Virus record (IMG/VR): IMGVR_UViG_3300009514_000004
Span: 14,387-78,386 of that record
Length of the DNA: 64,000 nucleotides
Origin: a virus
Reading direction: 5' to 3' (one strand)
How positions within the stretch are numbered: position 1 is the stretch's first letter; the number at the start of each line of letters is the position of its first letter. Position numbers and translations under genes: made by a program. The notes under the pieces were generated by a model. It was not told the DNA's origin and searched no databases. It saw only the letters and a program-made list of their open reading frames with translations. Positions 63,748-64,000 of the stretch are shown here, in pieces.

Positions 63748-64000
63748 ATGCCACGTGCGTTCACGCTGTACTGGACCAATTTCAAGCGCTTCGAGGAGTG
63801 CCCTCAGAAGTTCCTCTGGTACAAGGGTTGGGGCACCATCGACGTCGGCGGCGGCCCGGGGAAGGGCAAACCCTATCCGGAGGAACCCTCGGAGCACCAT
63901 GCCGCGATGGGGACCGTGGTCCATGCCGGCATCGAGCGTCTCTACAAGGACGAGCTGTGGCGGAACCCTCAAACCCTGGTCGACAACCTCAAGCGGACGG
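63748..64000 (+). CDS. PD-(D/E)XK (RecB/Cas4-like) exonuclease, 3' truncated
   Basis: W..F..FEECPQKF and MGTVVHAGIE N-terminal pattern. Confidence 0.7.
   Translation, partial: MPRAFTLYWTNFKRFEECPQKFLWYKGWGTIDVGGGPGKGKPYPEEPSEHHAAMGTVVHAGIERLYKDELWRNPQTLVDNLKRT

Overview
GC-rich fragment of a large (jumbo-type) dsDNA phage genome. The host is probably Myxococcota-like; this is inferred from the tmRNA tag and lipoprotein style. Bases 1-15 kb hold a translation/RNA island: 24 tRNAs read by hand, a tmRNA, Ro60 (TROVE-vWA), AlkB, NADAR, HNH nucleases, a GH73 hydrolase, a dNMP kinase and many structured spacers. Bases 17-29 kb are mostly minus-strand hypotheticals, plus an Rnl2-like RNA ligase and a divergent CobT/CobS-like vWA-AAA pair. 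Bases 30-44 kb carry probable virion/internal proteins, a GroEL-like chaperonin, HU, a HAD_SAK phosphatase and two divergent sigma-like genes. Bases 45-64 kb are a replication/recombination block: clamp-loader subunits, a class II RNR with three inteins, RecD2, SSB, RuvC, RecA, a split SbcC, SbcD, PNKP and a PD-(D/E)XK nuclease. The best candidate for an undescribed system is two homologous ~80-nt Y-RNA-like elements, one just upstream of ro60 and one just after tmRNA. They share a scaffold starting GGCUGGUGYGA but display different tRNA anticodon loops (Ala-UGC and Asn-GUU). Nearby are an anticodon-less tRNA mimic, four genes whose stop codon lies inside the next tRNA, and a stand-alone AlaRS-like fragment. 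All calls come from manual reading; no searches or folding programs were run.
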